Below, one piece after another: positions 10,174-19,297 of a stretch of 64,000 bases of DNA. The translations under genes were made by a program, and so were the position numbers. Under the pieces are notes generated by a model that saw nothing but the letters and a program-made list of their open reading frames with translations, made no database searches and was not told the origin of the DNA. This stretch comes from Lentisphaerae bacterium RIFOXYC12_FULL_60_16. Lineage in GTDB: Bacteria > Verrucomicrobiota > Kiritimatiellia > UBA8416 > YA12-FULL-60-10. Position 1 is the first letter of the stretch; each line of letters opens with the position of its first letter. The stretch lies in contig MHBQ01000151.1 in the NCBI GenBank assembly GCA_001803315.1, positions 13,063-77,062 of the forward strand, given 5' to 3'.

Positions 10174-10188
10174 GGGATCGGGGCTCCT

Positions 10189-11364
10189 TTACAATGAAGC
10201 GACAAACCGGCCCAACCGGTCCATGCCTTCCTGGATAATTTCCAGGCTGCACGCATAGGAAAGCCGGATATTATCATCCGAACCAAAAACTTTTCCCGGA
10301 ATCGCCGCAACCGCCTTTTCCTCGAGCAGGCGTTGGCAGAACGTGATGGAATCCAGCTTGAACTGCCGGATATTCGGAAACGCGTAAAAAGCACCTGACG
10401 GTCTCACACAGGTGATTCCCGCTATCCCGTTCAATCGCTCCAACAAGGTGTTCCTTCGTTTCTCGAAGGCCGACACCATGTGCCGGGCCGCCTCATCCCC
10501 TCCCTGCAGCGCCTGGACGGCGCCATGCTGGGCAAAGGTGTTGGGTGCCGACGCCAGGTGGCTTTGCAGGGCGCCTGCCGCCTTGGCCAGTGGTCGGGGG
10601 GCTGCCAGATACCCCAGACGCCAACCGGTCATCGCAAAAGCCTTGCTGAATCCATTGACCGTCACCGTGTGTGCATACGTTTCCGGCGAAAAGGACGCCG
10701 GGCTTACATGCCGTACCCCATCATACACCATCTTCTCATAAATCTCGTCCGAAACGATCAGCAGGCCGTGACGAACGGCAACCTCGACCAGCGCACGCAG
10801 TTCGGACTCATCATATACAATCCCGGTTGGATTACAGGGGCTGTTGAGGATCAGGACCTTTGACCGAGGGGTTATCACCGATTCCAATTTTTCCGGCGAC
10901 AGCTTGAACCCGGACGATTCGGCACACACGACCGGTACGGGCTTCCCTCCGGCCACATTGACCATTTCCGGATAACTCAACCAGAAAGGACCCGGGATGA
11001 TGACCTCATCGCCCGGCCTGCACAACATCGTGAACAGAAGCGATAGCGAATGCTTGGCTCCATTGCTGATTACAACCTGGTCAGGCTCGTATGACAACCC
11101 GTTTTCACGCATAAGCTTGGCACAAACAGCCTGCCGGAGGGTTAACAGCCCTGACTCTGGCGTATAGCGTGTTTCACCGCGGGCCAATGCCTGAACCGCC
11201 GCATTACGGATGGGCTCCGGTGTATCAAAATCAGGTTCACCAGCAGCGAAACTGCACACCTTACACCCGGTTGCCGCCATTTCTTTGGCCCGGCTCGTAA
11301 TGGCCAGGGTTAACGACGGCTGGATGGCTGCTACCCGTTCATTGATCGTGTATGTGGTTTCCAT
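10189..11364 (-). CDS. class I PLP-dependent aminotransferase (aspartate aminotransferase-like)
   Basis: GEPDFDTP, SNGAKHSL and the PLP-lysine motif GFSKAFAMTGWRLGY. ATG at 11364. Confidence 0.88.
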   Translation of the reverse strand: METTYTINERVAAIQPSLTLAITSRAKEMAATGCKVCSFAAGEPDFDTPEPIRNAAVQALARGETRYTPESGLLTLRQAVCAKLMRENGLSYEPDQVVISNGAKHSLSLLFTMLCRPGDEVIIPGPFWLSYPEMVNVAGGKPVPVVCAESSGFKLSPEKLESVITPRSKVLILNSPCNPTGIVYDESELRALVEVAVRHGLLIVSDEIYEKMVYDGVRHVSPASFSPETYAHTVTVNGFSKAFAMTGWRLGYLAAPRPLAKAAGALQSHLASAPNTFAQHGAVQALQGGDEAARHMVSAFEKRRNTLLERLNGIAGITCVRPSGAFYAFPNIRQFKLDSITFCQRLLEEKAVAAIPGKVFGSDDNIRLSYACSLEIIQEGMDRLGRFVASL

Positions 11365-12620
11365 TGGTCTCTCATAAACTGCATAAACCGGCGTCCGGCA
11401 CCGGGCAAACCCGTCGCCACATGCCTTACTTTTGCCATGACACCTTCATGATGCTTCTCAACAAGCGGACGGATGCTGTCCGACATGACATCCACAATAT
11501 CCATCTCCCGACGGGCGTTCTCACTGGAATCCGATGCGTGTGCCGCATTGACCATGATATTGCTGCCGAATTCCCGTCGTACCGATCCCGGTTTTGCCTG
11601 GGTCGGATCCGTTGGTCCTAGAATATCGCGTATCTTGCGCACCGCACCGACCCCTTCATAAACCAACGCCAGGCATTCTTCACGGCCAAGCCAGGTTTTC
11701 TCGGATGCGACGCATTCCGACGGGACATAGCCGGTCATGAATTTCACAATCGAGTCAAATTGCTGACGCGCAAACAGGGGCGCCAACGGTTCACACAACC
11801 CCTGTACGGATTCTTCCGGGACCTCAAAACCGAAGTCCTTCCCAAGCGCAGAAGCAATACGCTTGGCGCCACTTCCTCCGAGAAAACGTTTCCGCAGGGA
11901 CTCCTGCACCGGCCCATAAAACTTCTCGGCCTGGGCGACGGTCATCCTGAACTTCTTGATCCCCACGATCCGCAAGTTGGACATCGAGAGGATATCAATG
12001 ATATTACCGGCCCGGGCACTGGGAATACGGAAATTGTCTGGTTTCAGCAAAACCAGGGTCTTTTCACAATTCGCACCTTGCGGAACGTCTACCCCGGACT
12101 GGATGATTCCACCATCACGTTCCGAGTATCGCGCCCACAACTTCAGCACGACCTCCGCCCGTCTGGAGTTTGGCGCCACCAGGACAGCCGGCTCAAAATA
12201 GGTAACCGCCCCCCGGGCATCCTGGACATAATCCCCGTACGTATCCCGAATGGTCCCTCCACTGCCCGACTGCATGAAGGCCGGCCCCGTAACATTCCAA
12301 ACCTTCTCCACCGCATTCTCACCTTCGAACAAAAGCATCATTACCCGCCGGGGTCTTCCCGTTGCCGCATCCGGCGCATAATGGGTCTCCACATAATGGG
12401 CAATTATGCCATCTTTCTCACGGTTGTCGGGTTCCGCATTCCGGATGGCATCGGCATATTCCTTCACCAGATCCAGACTGGGGCCGAACATCCGGGCAGC
12501 AACCAGATTCAATTCCGTGCGACCGATGTACCGGGCAATAACACCTCCGGTTCGCGACTTGGCTATGGTATACGGGTTGATTAAAACGTAGGCTAAGTTG
12601 CCGCTCATGGGACCCCTCAT
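11331..12620 (-). CDS. tandem nucleoside-diphosphate-kinase-like protein (degenerate N-terminal NDK domain + catalytic C-terminal NDK domain)
   Basis: The N-terminal half has YVLINPYT, FEGENAV and GTIRDTYG but no catalytic His segment. The C-terminal half has LVLLKPDNF and NAAHASDS. Likely start is ATG at 12620 or 12608 (the ORF extends to 12695). Confidence 0.7.
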   Translation of the reverse strand: MRGPMSGNLAYVLINPYTIAKSRTGGVIARYIGRTELNLVAARMFGPSLDLVKEYADAIRNAEPDNREKDGIIAHYVETHYAPDAATGRPRRVMMLLFEGENAVEKVWNVTGPAFMQSGSGGTIRDTYGDYVQDARGAVTYFEPAVLVAPNSRRAEVVLKLWARYSERDGGIIQSGVDVPQGANCEKTLVLLKPDNFRIPSARAGNIIDILSMSNLRIVGIKKFRMTVAQAEKFYGPVQESLRKRFLGGSGAKRIASALGKDFGFEVPEESVQGLCEPLAPLFARQQFDSIVKFMTGYVPSECVASEKTWLGREECLALVYEGVGAVRKIRDILGPTDPTQAKPGSVRREFGSNIMVNAAHASDSSENARREMDIVDVMSDSIRPLVEKHHEGVMAKVRHVATGLPGAGRRFMQFMRDQWKPHTRSMNG

Positions 12621-12726
12621 GGATTCAACAACGATCAATCGACAATTCAAATTCGGGGATGAAGCCGGTTCACCAGAAATCGCCCACCCCGGCAATCCCC
12701 GTGCTCGAGGCGGGCAAAACCCTACA

Positions 12727-13596
12727 TCACCCTTTACAAACTGTCAACTTCACAGATCCTGATGTGGCGGTTCCCGGTCTGGAACTTCGGATCCGAATCC
12801 GCGGTTCACCTTGACGACGGCCGCGCATATACCGCTGCACGGACTTGATGATCTGGCTGCTCAATTCACTACGAGCCCGTTTAATGACCCCTGAAACCAG
12901 ACCCTCACGTTGGCTGGAAGCTCGCGCCACCACATGACCATCCGGATCGATGAATGCCGTTGGAGCATTCTGCATGCCATGCAAATTGTTGGCCGTAAGG
13001 ATGTAAACACTATTTTCAGAGGCCCGTGCCTGAAGTATGGCTGTGGCGACGGCCAGTTTGGCGGCGTCACGTCCAACCATGCTGAATGCTATCAAGACCG
13101 CATCCGCATGCCGGGATAATATCGGCCGGAACAATTCGGGAAATCGGAATTCATAACAGATCCTCGGCAACAACCGCCACCCATCCACCAGAAACAACCG
13201 GTCACCGGTTCCGGGATCATACCGGCCCGCTTCCGTTGCAAACAATATCCGCTTGTGGTAACGCCCCCGCACCCGTCCATCCGGCCCAACCAGAATAAGC
13301 GAATTAAAGGTATGGGAAGCAACCCGGGTGGTCGTACCTGTTACCGCCCAGCAACCGGCATCCCGCACGCACCGGCAGAACGCCTTGGTTACGGCAGCAA
13401 TCCGCGCCTCACCCAGCTGGCGTGGATCCGTAAAATCGGTCGGAGCATGTCCGGTCAGCGCACATTCCGGAAACAAGACCAACCGGACATTATTCCGTAC
13501 CGCCTGTTGCAGGCCCCGAACCATGGCCGCTAGATTCCGGTCCGGATCCGCTGACCCGACAAACGCATAGGCCCCCACCTTCAGTTCATCACGCAT
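12727..13596 (-). CDS. carbon-nitrogen hydrolase (nitrilase superfamily)
   Basis: E-K-C triad contexts LVLFPECALTG, YHKRILF and RICYEFRFPE. Confidence 0.85.
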   Translation of the reverse strand: MRDELKVGAYAFVGSADPDRNLAAMVRGLQQAVRNNVRLVLFPECALTGHAPTDFTDPRQLGEARIAAVTKAFCRCVRDAGCWAVTGTTTRVASHTFNSLILVGPDGRVRGRYHKRILFATEAGRYDPGTGDRLFLVDGWRLLPRICYEFRFPELFRPILSRHADAVLIAFSMVGRDAAKLAVATAILQARASENSVYILTANNLHGMQNAPTAFIDPDGHVVARASSQREGLVSGVIKRARSELSSQIIKSVQRYMRGRRQGEPRIRIRSSRPGTATSGSVKLTVCKG

Positions 13597-13614
13597 TGCA
13601 GCTATCCTCCTGAA

Positions 13615-14631
13615 TCAGTCGGGATAACCATCCGGGTTCATGGACTGCCATCGCCAGGCATCCGCACACATCCGGTCAATGTCGTATTCCGCCTTCCAGT
13701 TCAACGCGCAATTGGCACGGGATGGATCGGCATAACATTCCGCCACATCACCCGGACGGCGAGCCACAATCCGGTAGGGAATCGGACGGCCCGACACCCG
13801 TTCAAAAGCCTGCACGATTTCAAGCACGCTGTATCCACGTCCGGTCCCGAGATTATACACCGACAAACCCGCATGCCGATCCAGCCATTCAACGGCTCTA
13901 ACATGACCGGCCGCAAGGTCCACCACATGGATGTAATCACGGACACCGGTCCCGTCACGCGTTGGATAATCAGCACCGAACACCGACAATTCCGGCCGTT
14001 TTCCGATAGCCACCTGGGTTATATAGGGCAGCAGATTGTTCGGTGCGCCATGGGGATCCTCGCCAATGCTTCCGCTGACATGGGCTCCTACCGGATTAAA
14101 ATAACGCAAGAGCGCAATACGCCAGGCAGAATCGGAAACCTGCAAATCGCGAAGCATCTCCTCAATCATCAATTTGGTCCGACCATACGGATTGGTGGCG
14201 GACAATGGGAAGTCCTCGGTGATGGGCATCTGCCGGGGTTGCCCATAAACCGTTGCCGACGAGCTGAACACCATTCGTTTAACCCCGTGCGCCGCCATTA
14301 CCTCGCACAATACCAGGGTCCCCGTGATGTTGTTATGGTAATATTTCAGGGGGACCGAGACGGATTCCCCGACCGCTTTCAGGCCTGCAAAATGAACCAC
14401 CACATCAAAGGGCCCATCGGTGCGAAATACTTTTTCCAATCGACGTGTATCCAGCAGATCAACGCGTCGGAAAACCAACGGGCGGCGGGCCAGGCGACGG
14501 ACACGGCGAATGGACTCCCGCTTGCTGTTCGACAGATTGTCGACCACGGTCACCGCATGTCCTGCTGTTAAAAACTCCAGACAGGCATGACTCCCGATAT
14601 ATCCGGCACCACCAGTCACCAGTATATTCAT
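13615..14631 (-). CDS. galE: UDP-glucose 4-epimerase
   Basis: [15 protein letters not shown] Rossmann start (ATG at 14631; the ORF-track start at 14814 overlaps the upstream gene). YGRTK catalytic motif and [15 protein letters not shown]. Confidence 0.92.
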   Translation of the reverse strand: MNILVTGGAGYIGSHACLEFLTAGHAVTVVDNLSNSKRESIRRVRRLARRPLVFRRVDLLDTRRLEKVFRTDGPFDVVVHFAGLKAVGESVSVPLKYYHNNITGTLVLCEVMAAHGVKRMVFSSSATVYGQPRQMPITEDFPLSATNPYGRTKLMIEEMLRDLQVSDSAWRIALLRYFNPVGAHVSGSIGEDPHGAPNNLLPYITQVAIGKRPELSVFGADYPTRDGTGVRDYIHVVDLAAGHVRAVEWLDRHAGLSVYNLGTGRGYSVLEIVQAFERVSGRPIPYRIVARRPGDVAECYADPSRANCALNWKAEYDIDRMCADAWRWQSMNPDGYPD

Positions 14632-14650
14632 CTTCTTCCCTTCTTGAAAT

Positions 14651-16210
14651 TCACAGGATCCGCCCGTTTCTCCGCCCGTCCAGACGTCCCTCCACGATGG
14701 CAGGAATCCCGTTGACCACGACATGCACCACGCCCTCGGCCAGACGGTGGGGGTCATCGTAGGTTGCAACATCCCGTATCCGCAGTGGGTCAAAAACCAC
14801 CACATCAGCGGCATGATTGATCTCCAATATCCCGCGTCGAGTCAACCCAAACTGCCCGGCTGGCAACGCCGTCATCTTGCGGATCGCTTCCGGAAGGGGC
14901 ACGGTCGATCCATCCAACGACATGCGTAGAAACCGCGCAAAGGCCCCATAGGCCCGCGGATGGGGATGATCATGGGAAAGGATGCCGGAAGGAGCCCGCA
15001 ATGAGGCGTCGGAGCCCAGCATGACCCACGGTTGGGCCAGTATACGGTGCAGGTTCGGTTCACTCATCCCGAAGAAGAAGGCCGTGGTCCCGAGCGCATC
15101 GGCGTCCAACAGGCGAAGAACGGCATCCACCGGTTCCACCCCCCATTCAGCGGCAATATCAGGAATCCATCGGCCGCGAATTCCCCGATTCCCGGTAACC
15201 CCTGTCGATCCCACCATCACATCCTGCCAGTATGCAGCAGGCCGTTCGGCAATCAGGGAATCACGGATTCGCTGGCGTTGCTCACCATCCCGAAGTCGAG
15301 CCAAAACCACCGCTCGTCCCCCCGCGGCCGCCCAGTCCGGGAATACGACATCCAGATCGGTACAAGCCGCCGTATAGGGATACCGGTCAGCCGCCACGGC
15401 AAGCCCGGATGAACGGGCGCATTCAATACGTTCAAGTGCGGCATCCAGCAAATGCCAGTTGGAACGGCCGGATGTCTTGAGATGCGAAATCTCCAATCGT
15501 ACCCCGGTTTCAGCAGCCACCCGTAATGCCTCATCAAGAGCGGCCAGAAGGTGCCCCCCCTCACTCCGCAAGTGGGTGGTATACAGTCCCCCCCGCCGTG
15601 CTACGGCTGCAACCAAATTGCACACCTCGGACTCCGGAGCGAACAACCCGGGCGCATAAAGCAACCCGGAGCTCAACCCATGGGCGCCTTCATCCATGGC
15701 CTGTTCCAGGCGTGCCACCAACAGCCGTTGTTCATCCGGCTGCAACGGTCGATCCACATATCCCGCAACACCGGCCCGAAGGGTGTTATGCCCGACTAGC
15801 AGCACCACATTGACGGCAGGACCAACCGAATCAAGCACGGCACGATAGTCACCCACCGTAGTCCATTCAGCCGGATACCGCTTATCTTCCCAATCCGACG
15901 GCAAACGCGCCTGACCCAGTCGAGGGGCCGCCGATGCCCCGCAGTTTCCAATCACCTCGGTCGTTACCCCCTGAAACAACTTGCTGGAGGCAGTCGGTTC
16001 AATTAACAGATAGGCATCCGAATGAGAATGAACATCGATAAATCCAGGACAAACCACACACTGGTTGGCATTCAGAACGCGCCGTGCCGGCACACTTGAC
16101 AGATCGCCAATCTGGGCTATTCGGTCTGACTCTATTCCAACATCCAATCGAACCGCCGGCCTCCCGCGGCCATCCAACAGGTCTCCACCCTGGATCTTGA
16201 GGTCCAGCAT
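14651..16210 (-). CDS. N-acyl-D-amino-acid deacylase (D-aminoacylase) family amidohydrolase
   Basis: [11 protein letters not shown] metal-binding start, ~520 aa amidohydrolase architecture, C-terminal VVFDP...V..V.VNG pattern. Confidence 0.8.
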   Translation of the reverse strand: MLDLKIQGGDLLDGRGRPAVRLDVGIESDRIAQIGDLSSVPARRVLNANQCVVCPGFIDVHSHSDAYLLIEPTASSKLFQGVTTEVIGNCGASAAPRLGQARLPSDWEDKRYPAEWTTVGDYRAVLDSVGPAVNVVLLVGHNTLRAGVAGYVDRPLQPDEQRLLVARLEQAMDEGAHGLSSGLLYAPGLFAPESEVCNLVAAVARRGGLYTTHLRSEGGHLLAALDEALRVAAETGVRLEISHLKTSGRSNWHLLDAALERIECARSSGLAVAADRYPYTAACTDLDVVFPDWAAAGGRAVVLARLRDGEQRQRIRDSLIAERPAAYWQDVMVGSTGVTGNRGIRGRWIPDIAAEWGVEPVDAVLRLLDADALGTTAFFFGMSEPNLHRILAQPWVMLGSDASLRAPSGILSHDHPHPRAYGAFARFLRMSLDGSTVPLPEAIRKMTALPAGQFGLTRRGILEINHAADVVVFDPLRIRDVATYDDPHRLAEGVVHVVVNGIPAIVEGRLDGRRNGRIL

Positions 16211-16225
16211 CAGGCAATTCTCCGC

Positions 16226-16969
16226 TCACCCCCGGTCATCAGCGTCATCATCGTCTTCGTCGTCGTCTTCTTCTTCGTCTTCATCGTCGTCATCTTCGTC
16301 ATCGTCATCAAATACCTCGTCATCGTCCGACTCATCCGCATCATCTTCATCGGACGCATTATGCTCGGTCTTTCGATCAACACAGGAATCCTCAACGTCT
16401 GCCGCATCCAATTCAGCGGCAAAAGGGTTAAGATCCGGCGACGAGCCCGTGTCTGCCGGTAGTTTGCCCTTCCGGGGTTGTCCACCCAGGAGAACCACCA
16501 CTTCCTCTTGGACGTTCTCCAATTCATCCAGCCTCAAACGGGGATCCGGAACCAGAAACGTTTCTCCAGTTTTCCGATGTTCATAAACCCGGATCCATAC
16601 CCCATCGTCACGTTTTTGTATGTCCCTCTCAATAAACAACTTATTACGTTCCAGCATGACAGCCAGAATAAAGATGACATTCTGCCGGGACGAATCGTCC
16701 ACTTCCATCAATCGCCGCAAGAGGGTCTCAGCAGTTTCCTTGCGTAGCGGCGGCTCTTCCTTTGGTGGCGGCATACGAAAAACACCACGCCATGAACTCA
16801 CCGGCTTTTGTCCACGCATTTCCGGCCAACACGATTCACAATAATCCCCGCGTATGTACCCTTCATCACCCTGTGTCAGTAACGACCAGTAGGCCTGCCG
16901 GTCAGCAAACGTTGCCTCACAACGCGCACATCCATGTCCACGCGGTTTTATGTCCCAATCTTGCGCCAT
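16226..16969 (-). CDS. hypothetical protein: N-terminal CxxC...CxxC zinc-ribbon-like region, central domain, ~40-residue poly-Asp/Glu C-terminal tail
   Basis: ATG at 16969. GCARCE...CESCW pairs. The tail is SDEDDADESDDDEVFDDDDEDDDDEDEEEDDDEDDDDADD. I recognise no family. Confidence 0.65.
   Translation of the reverse strand: MAQDWDIKPRGHGCARCEATFADRQAYWSLLTQGDEGYIRGDYCESCWPEMRGQKPVSSWRGVFRMPPPKEEPPLRKETAETLLRRLMEVDDSSRQNVIFILAVMLERNKLFIERDIQKRDDGVWIRVYEHRKTGETFLVPDPRLRLDELENVQEEVVVLLGGQPRKGKLPADTGSSPDLNPFAAELDAADVEDSCVDRKTEHNASDEDDADESDDDEVFDDDDEDDDDEDEEEDDDEDDDDADDRG
16229..16354 (-). repeat. imperfect GAY/GAR codon tract encoding the acidic tail
   Basis: The plus strand reads (GTC/ATC/TTC)n almost without interruption. 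The antisense frame gives a poly-Ser run in ORF 16065..16586. Confidence 0.8.
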
Positions 16970-17037
16970 GTATCCACATGCTCCGATTACATTTAAACCG
17001 GGCCGATACTACCCGATCGGCACCATCCCTGCCAACG

Positions 17038-18483
17038 TTATACCGGTTTTGCCATCAATTCACCCGCCCGCGCCCCCGTGTATCGGATCCGAACAAACTG
17101 CCCGGTCGCCCAGGACGCCGGAACCGACATGACCCGGATCGAGCCATCCACATCGGGCGCCTGTCCGCGTGAGCGGCATCGTGCCTTTCTGGAAGACCCT
17201 TTCCCCTCGATATGCTCCACCAGGACATCATCCTCCCGCCCAACCAGATCCCTGAAACGTTTACGGATCCATGTCGATTGAGTCTCCAACAACTGGATTT
17301 TCCTTTCCTCGGCAAGGGCAGGCGGCACCGGGTCGGAAAGATCATGCGCTGGCGTTCCTGTTTCAGGCGAATAGACAAACACCCCCATATGATCGAATCC
17401 GGATTCCCGAATGTATCGCAACAGGTTATCGAAAGCAGCCTCGGTTTCACCGGGAAAACCGACCAAACATGTTGTCCGGATCACCACACCAGGCAAGGCC
17501 GTACGCAAACGGGGAACCAGATCATCCAGGGAATCCACGGTCTCCGCACGGTGCATCGCCTTCAATATCACCGGATCCCGGTGCTGAATCGGCAAATCCA
17601 GATATCGGCATACCGCCGGGACATCGGCCATCACCCGCAACAAGTCCGGAGTGGCCCGGCTTGGATATCCATACAGGATCCGGATCCAGAAGTTTCCAGG
17701 CAATTTCCCCAACTCCTGAATCAACCGTATCATGCCGGCTTTATCCCCGCGATCCCGGCCATACGATAAAGTGTCCTGCGAAACCAGGTTGATCTCACGA
17801 AAACCCGATTGCAGAAGATGCTGCGCCTCCAGGACAATGCTGTCCAAGGAACGCGATCGGTACCGGCCACGGATTCCAGGGATTGCACAAAAGGCACAGC
17901 GATGATCGCAACCTTCAGCCACTTTCAGATAGGCATACGCCCCACGCGATAACACGACACCAGGTAGCCGGGGTGGATCAAACAACCGGACCGGCTCATC
18001 GACAACCTCAAGAACACCCCGTTCACCCGCCGCAACCCTGCGAACCACCTGGCCAATACGGTCCAGGGCATCTACTCCAAGCCACGCATCCACCGCCGGC
18101 AACATGGCCTGATAACGGTCCCTATAACGCTGGGGCATGCATCCGGTCACAACCACCGCCCTGCAAACGCCCTTTTGCTTCCACGCACATGCGGAACGGA
18201 TGGCATCCAACGACTCGACACGCGCATCCTCGACAAAGGCACAGGTGTTAACCACCACCACGTCTGCCTGGTCAGGCGACGGGGCCATCTGGCATCCTTC
18301 CGCCAGAATAACCCCGGCCATCACCTGCGTATCCACCATATTCTTGGCACATCCAAGGCTGACAAAACCAACCTTCAGGATCGGCGAAAAAGCCCGTGCA
18401 GGACCGATATGTGCTGGACAATCAGTCAAGGTAAGGCTCAGGCGGCAATACAACCGGACGGAACACTTCAACAGCAACCGCAT
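17038..18483 (-). CDS. rimO: ribosomal protein S12 methylthiotransferase (radical SAM, MiaB family)
   Basis: KVGFVSLGCAKN UPF0004 start, radical-SAM CDHRCAFCAIP, C-terminal TRAM-like domain. Start is ambiguous: GTG 18510, ATG 18498/18483 or TTG 18429. Confidence 0.85.
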   Translation of the reverse strand: MRLLLKCSVRLYCRLSLTLTDCPAHIGPARAFSPILKVGFVSLGCAKNMVDTQVMAGVILAEGCQMAPSPDQADVVVVNTCAFVEDARVESLDAIRSACAWKQKGVCRAVVVTGCMPQRYRDRYQAMLPAVDAWLGVDALDRIGQVVRRVAAGERGVLEVVDEPVRLFDPPRLPGVVLSRGAYAYLKVAEGCDHRCAFCAIPGIRGRYRSRSLDSIVLEAQHLLQSGFREINLVSQDTLSYGRDRGDKAGMIRLIQELGKLPGNFWIRILYGYPSRATPDLLRVMADVPAVCRYLDLPIQHRDPVILKAMHRAETVDSLDDLVPRLRTALPGVVIRTTCLVGFPGETEAAFDNLLRYIRESGFDHMGVFVYSPETGTPAHDLSDPVPPALAEERKIQLLETQSTWIRKRFRDLVGREDDVLVEHIEGKGSSRKARCRSRGQAPDVDGSIRVMSVPASWATGQFVRIRYTGARAGELMAKPV

Positions 18484-19297
18484 GCTCCTGGTTCTCATTC
18501 GCTGTTGCACGGCGCAAATGCCGGAGCATTAACGACCCCAGGATCGCAACTACCAGCACCACACCAACTCCAATCGAGGTCCGGACCACCCACCGGGTAT
18601 CACGCCGGACCGGACGCCTCACATCGGCATCCATTAACGAAGCGGACACCGCCGGCTCAGGCTGCACCTGGAAACGGCCGAGGAACTCACGCACCCACTC
18701 CTGGTAACGGTCTGCCCGATCCCGGCATCGGCTGATCAACAGACGCCAGGCATTGGTTCCCCATCCCGAGATGGCTTCCCCGACCCGCATCAGACCAGCT
18801 CGTATCGTCTCAAGGAATGAAGGTCCCGGCGAGCCGGCGGCAATTTGACGACTACTGACTTCCGGAGGGAACAAGGGCGGCTCAACCGGCTCCGGGCTGA
18901 GCACATCCACCGGTACAGAATCCTTTACTGAACGCCTCGCGGCATGCGAGAACAGGTCAACCTCCGTCTCGACCACCGGTTTCCCGGCTTCAGGCAATTC
19001 CGGTGAAACCACCTGCCCTGCAACCGGCTCCGCCTCCATGACCACCTGGGGTTCCGGCACGTGCGGGTTAACAAACCGATTGACGAAATCGTCGATCAAG
19101 GGGCGAGGATCAATCCCAACATATTCGGCATACAACTTGATAAACCCCTTGCTGTAAATCGGGGCTGCTATACTGCTGAAATCCTCCCGCTCAAGGGATT
19201 CCACAACCTGAACCTTCATACGGGTGGCGGCGGCCACTTGTGAAGGCGTCAGCTTTCTGTCAAGACGTGCTTTCCGAAGTTCTTCACCCAGCTTCAT
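18422..19297 (-). CDS. RodZ-like helix-turn-helix membrane protein
   Basis: MKLGEELRKARLDRKLTPSQVAAATRMKVQVVESLE HTH (ATG at 19297) and one TM segment near the C-terminus (GVGVVLVVAILGSLML). Confidence 0.7.
   Translation of the reverse strand: MKLGEELRKARLDRKLTPSQVAAATRMKVQVVESLEREDFSSIAAPIYSKGFIKLYAEYVGIDPRPLIDDFVNRFVNPHVPEPQVVMEAEPVAGQVVSPELPEAGKPVVETEVDLFSHAARRSVKDSVPVDVLSPEPVEPPLFPPEVSSRQIAAGSPGPSFLETIRAGLMRVGEAISGWGTNAWRLLISRCRDRADRYQEWVREFLGRFQVQPEPAVSASLMDADVRRPVRRDTRWVVRTSIGVGVVLVVAILGSLMLRHLRRATANENQEHAVAVEVFRPVVLPPEPYLD

Noticed and set aside
14632-14814. A 61-aa N-terminal extension of the galE ORF. The same issue affects serS (33370..33426), rpsD, rpsH, rpsJ, map and rplO.
   Set aside because: In each case the conserved family N-terminus starts at an internal ATG that I verified in the sequence. 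The extensions overlap the upstream gene.
16065-16586. Plus-strand ORF with a long poly-Ser run.
   Set aside because: It is the antisense reading of the GAY/GAR tract that encodes the acidic tail of the minus-strand protein. The rest of the ORF has no protein-like features.
16970-17037. Short inverted repeat GCCGAT(8 nt)ATCGGC downstream of rimO.
   Set aside because: It has only a 6-bp stem with a weak T-tract, so I cannot call it a terminator or an operator with any confidence.
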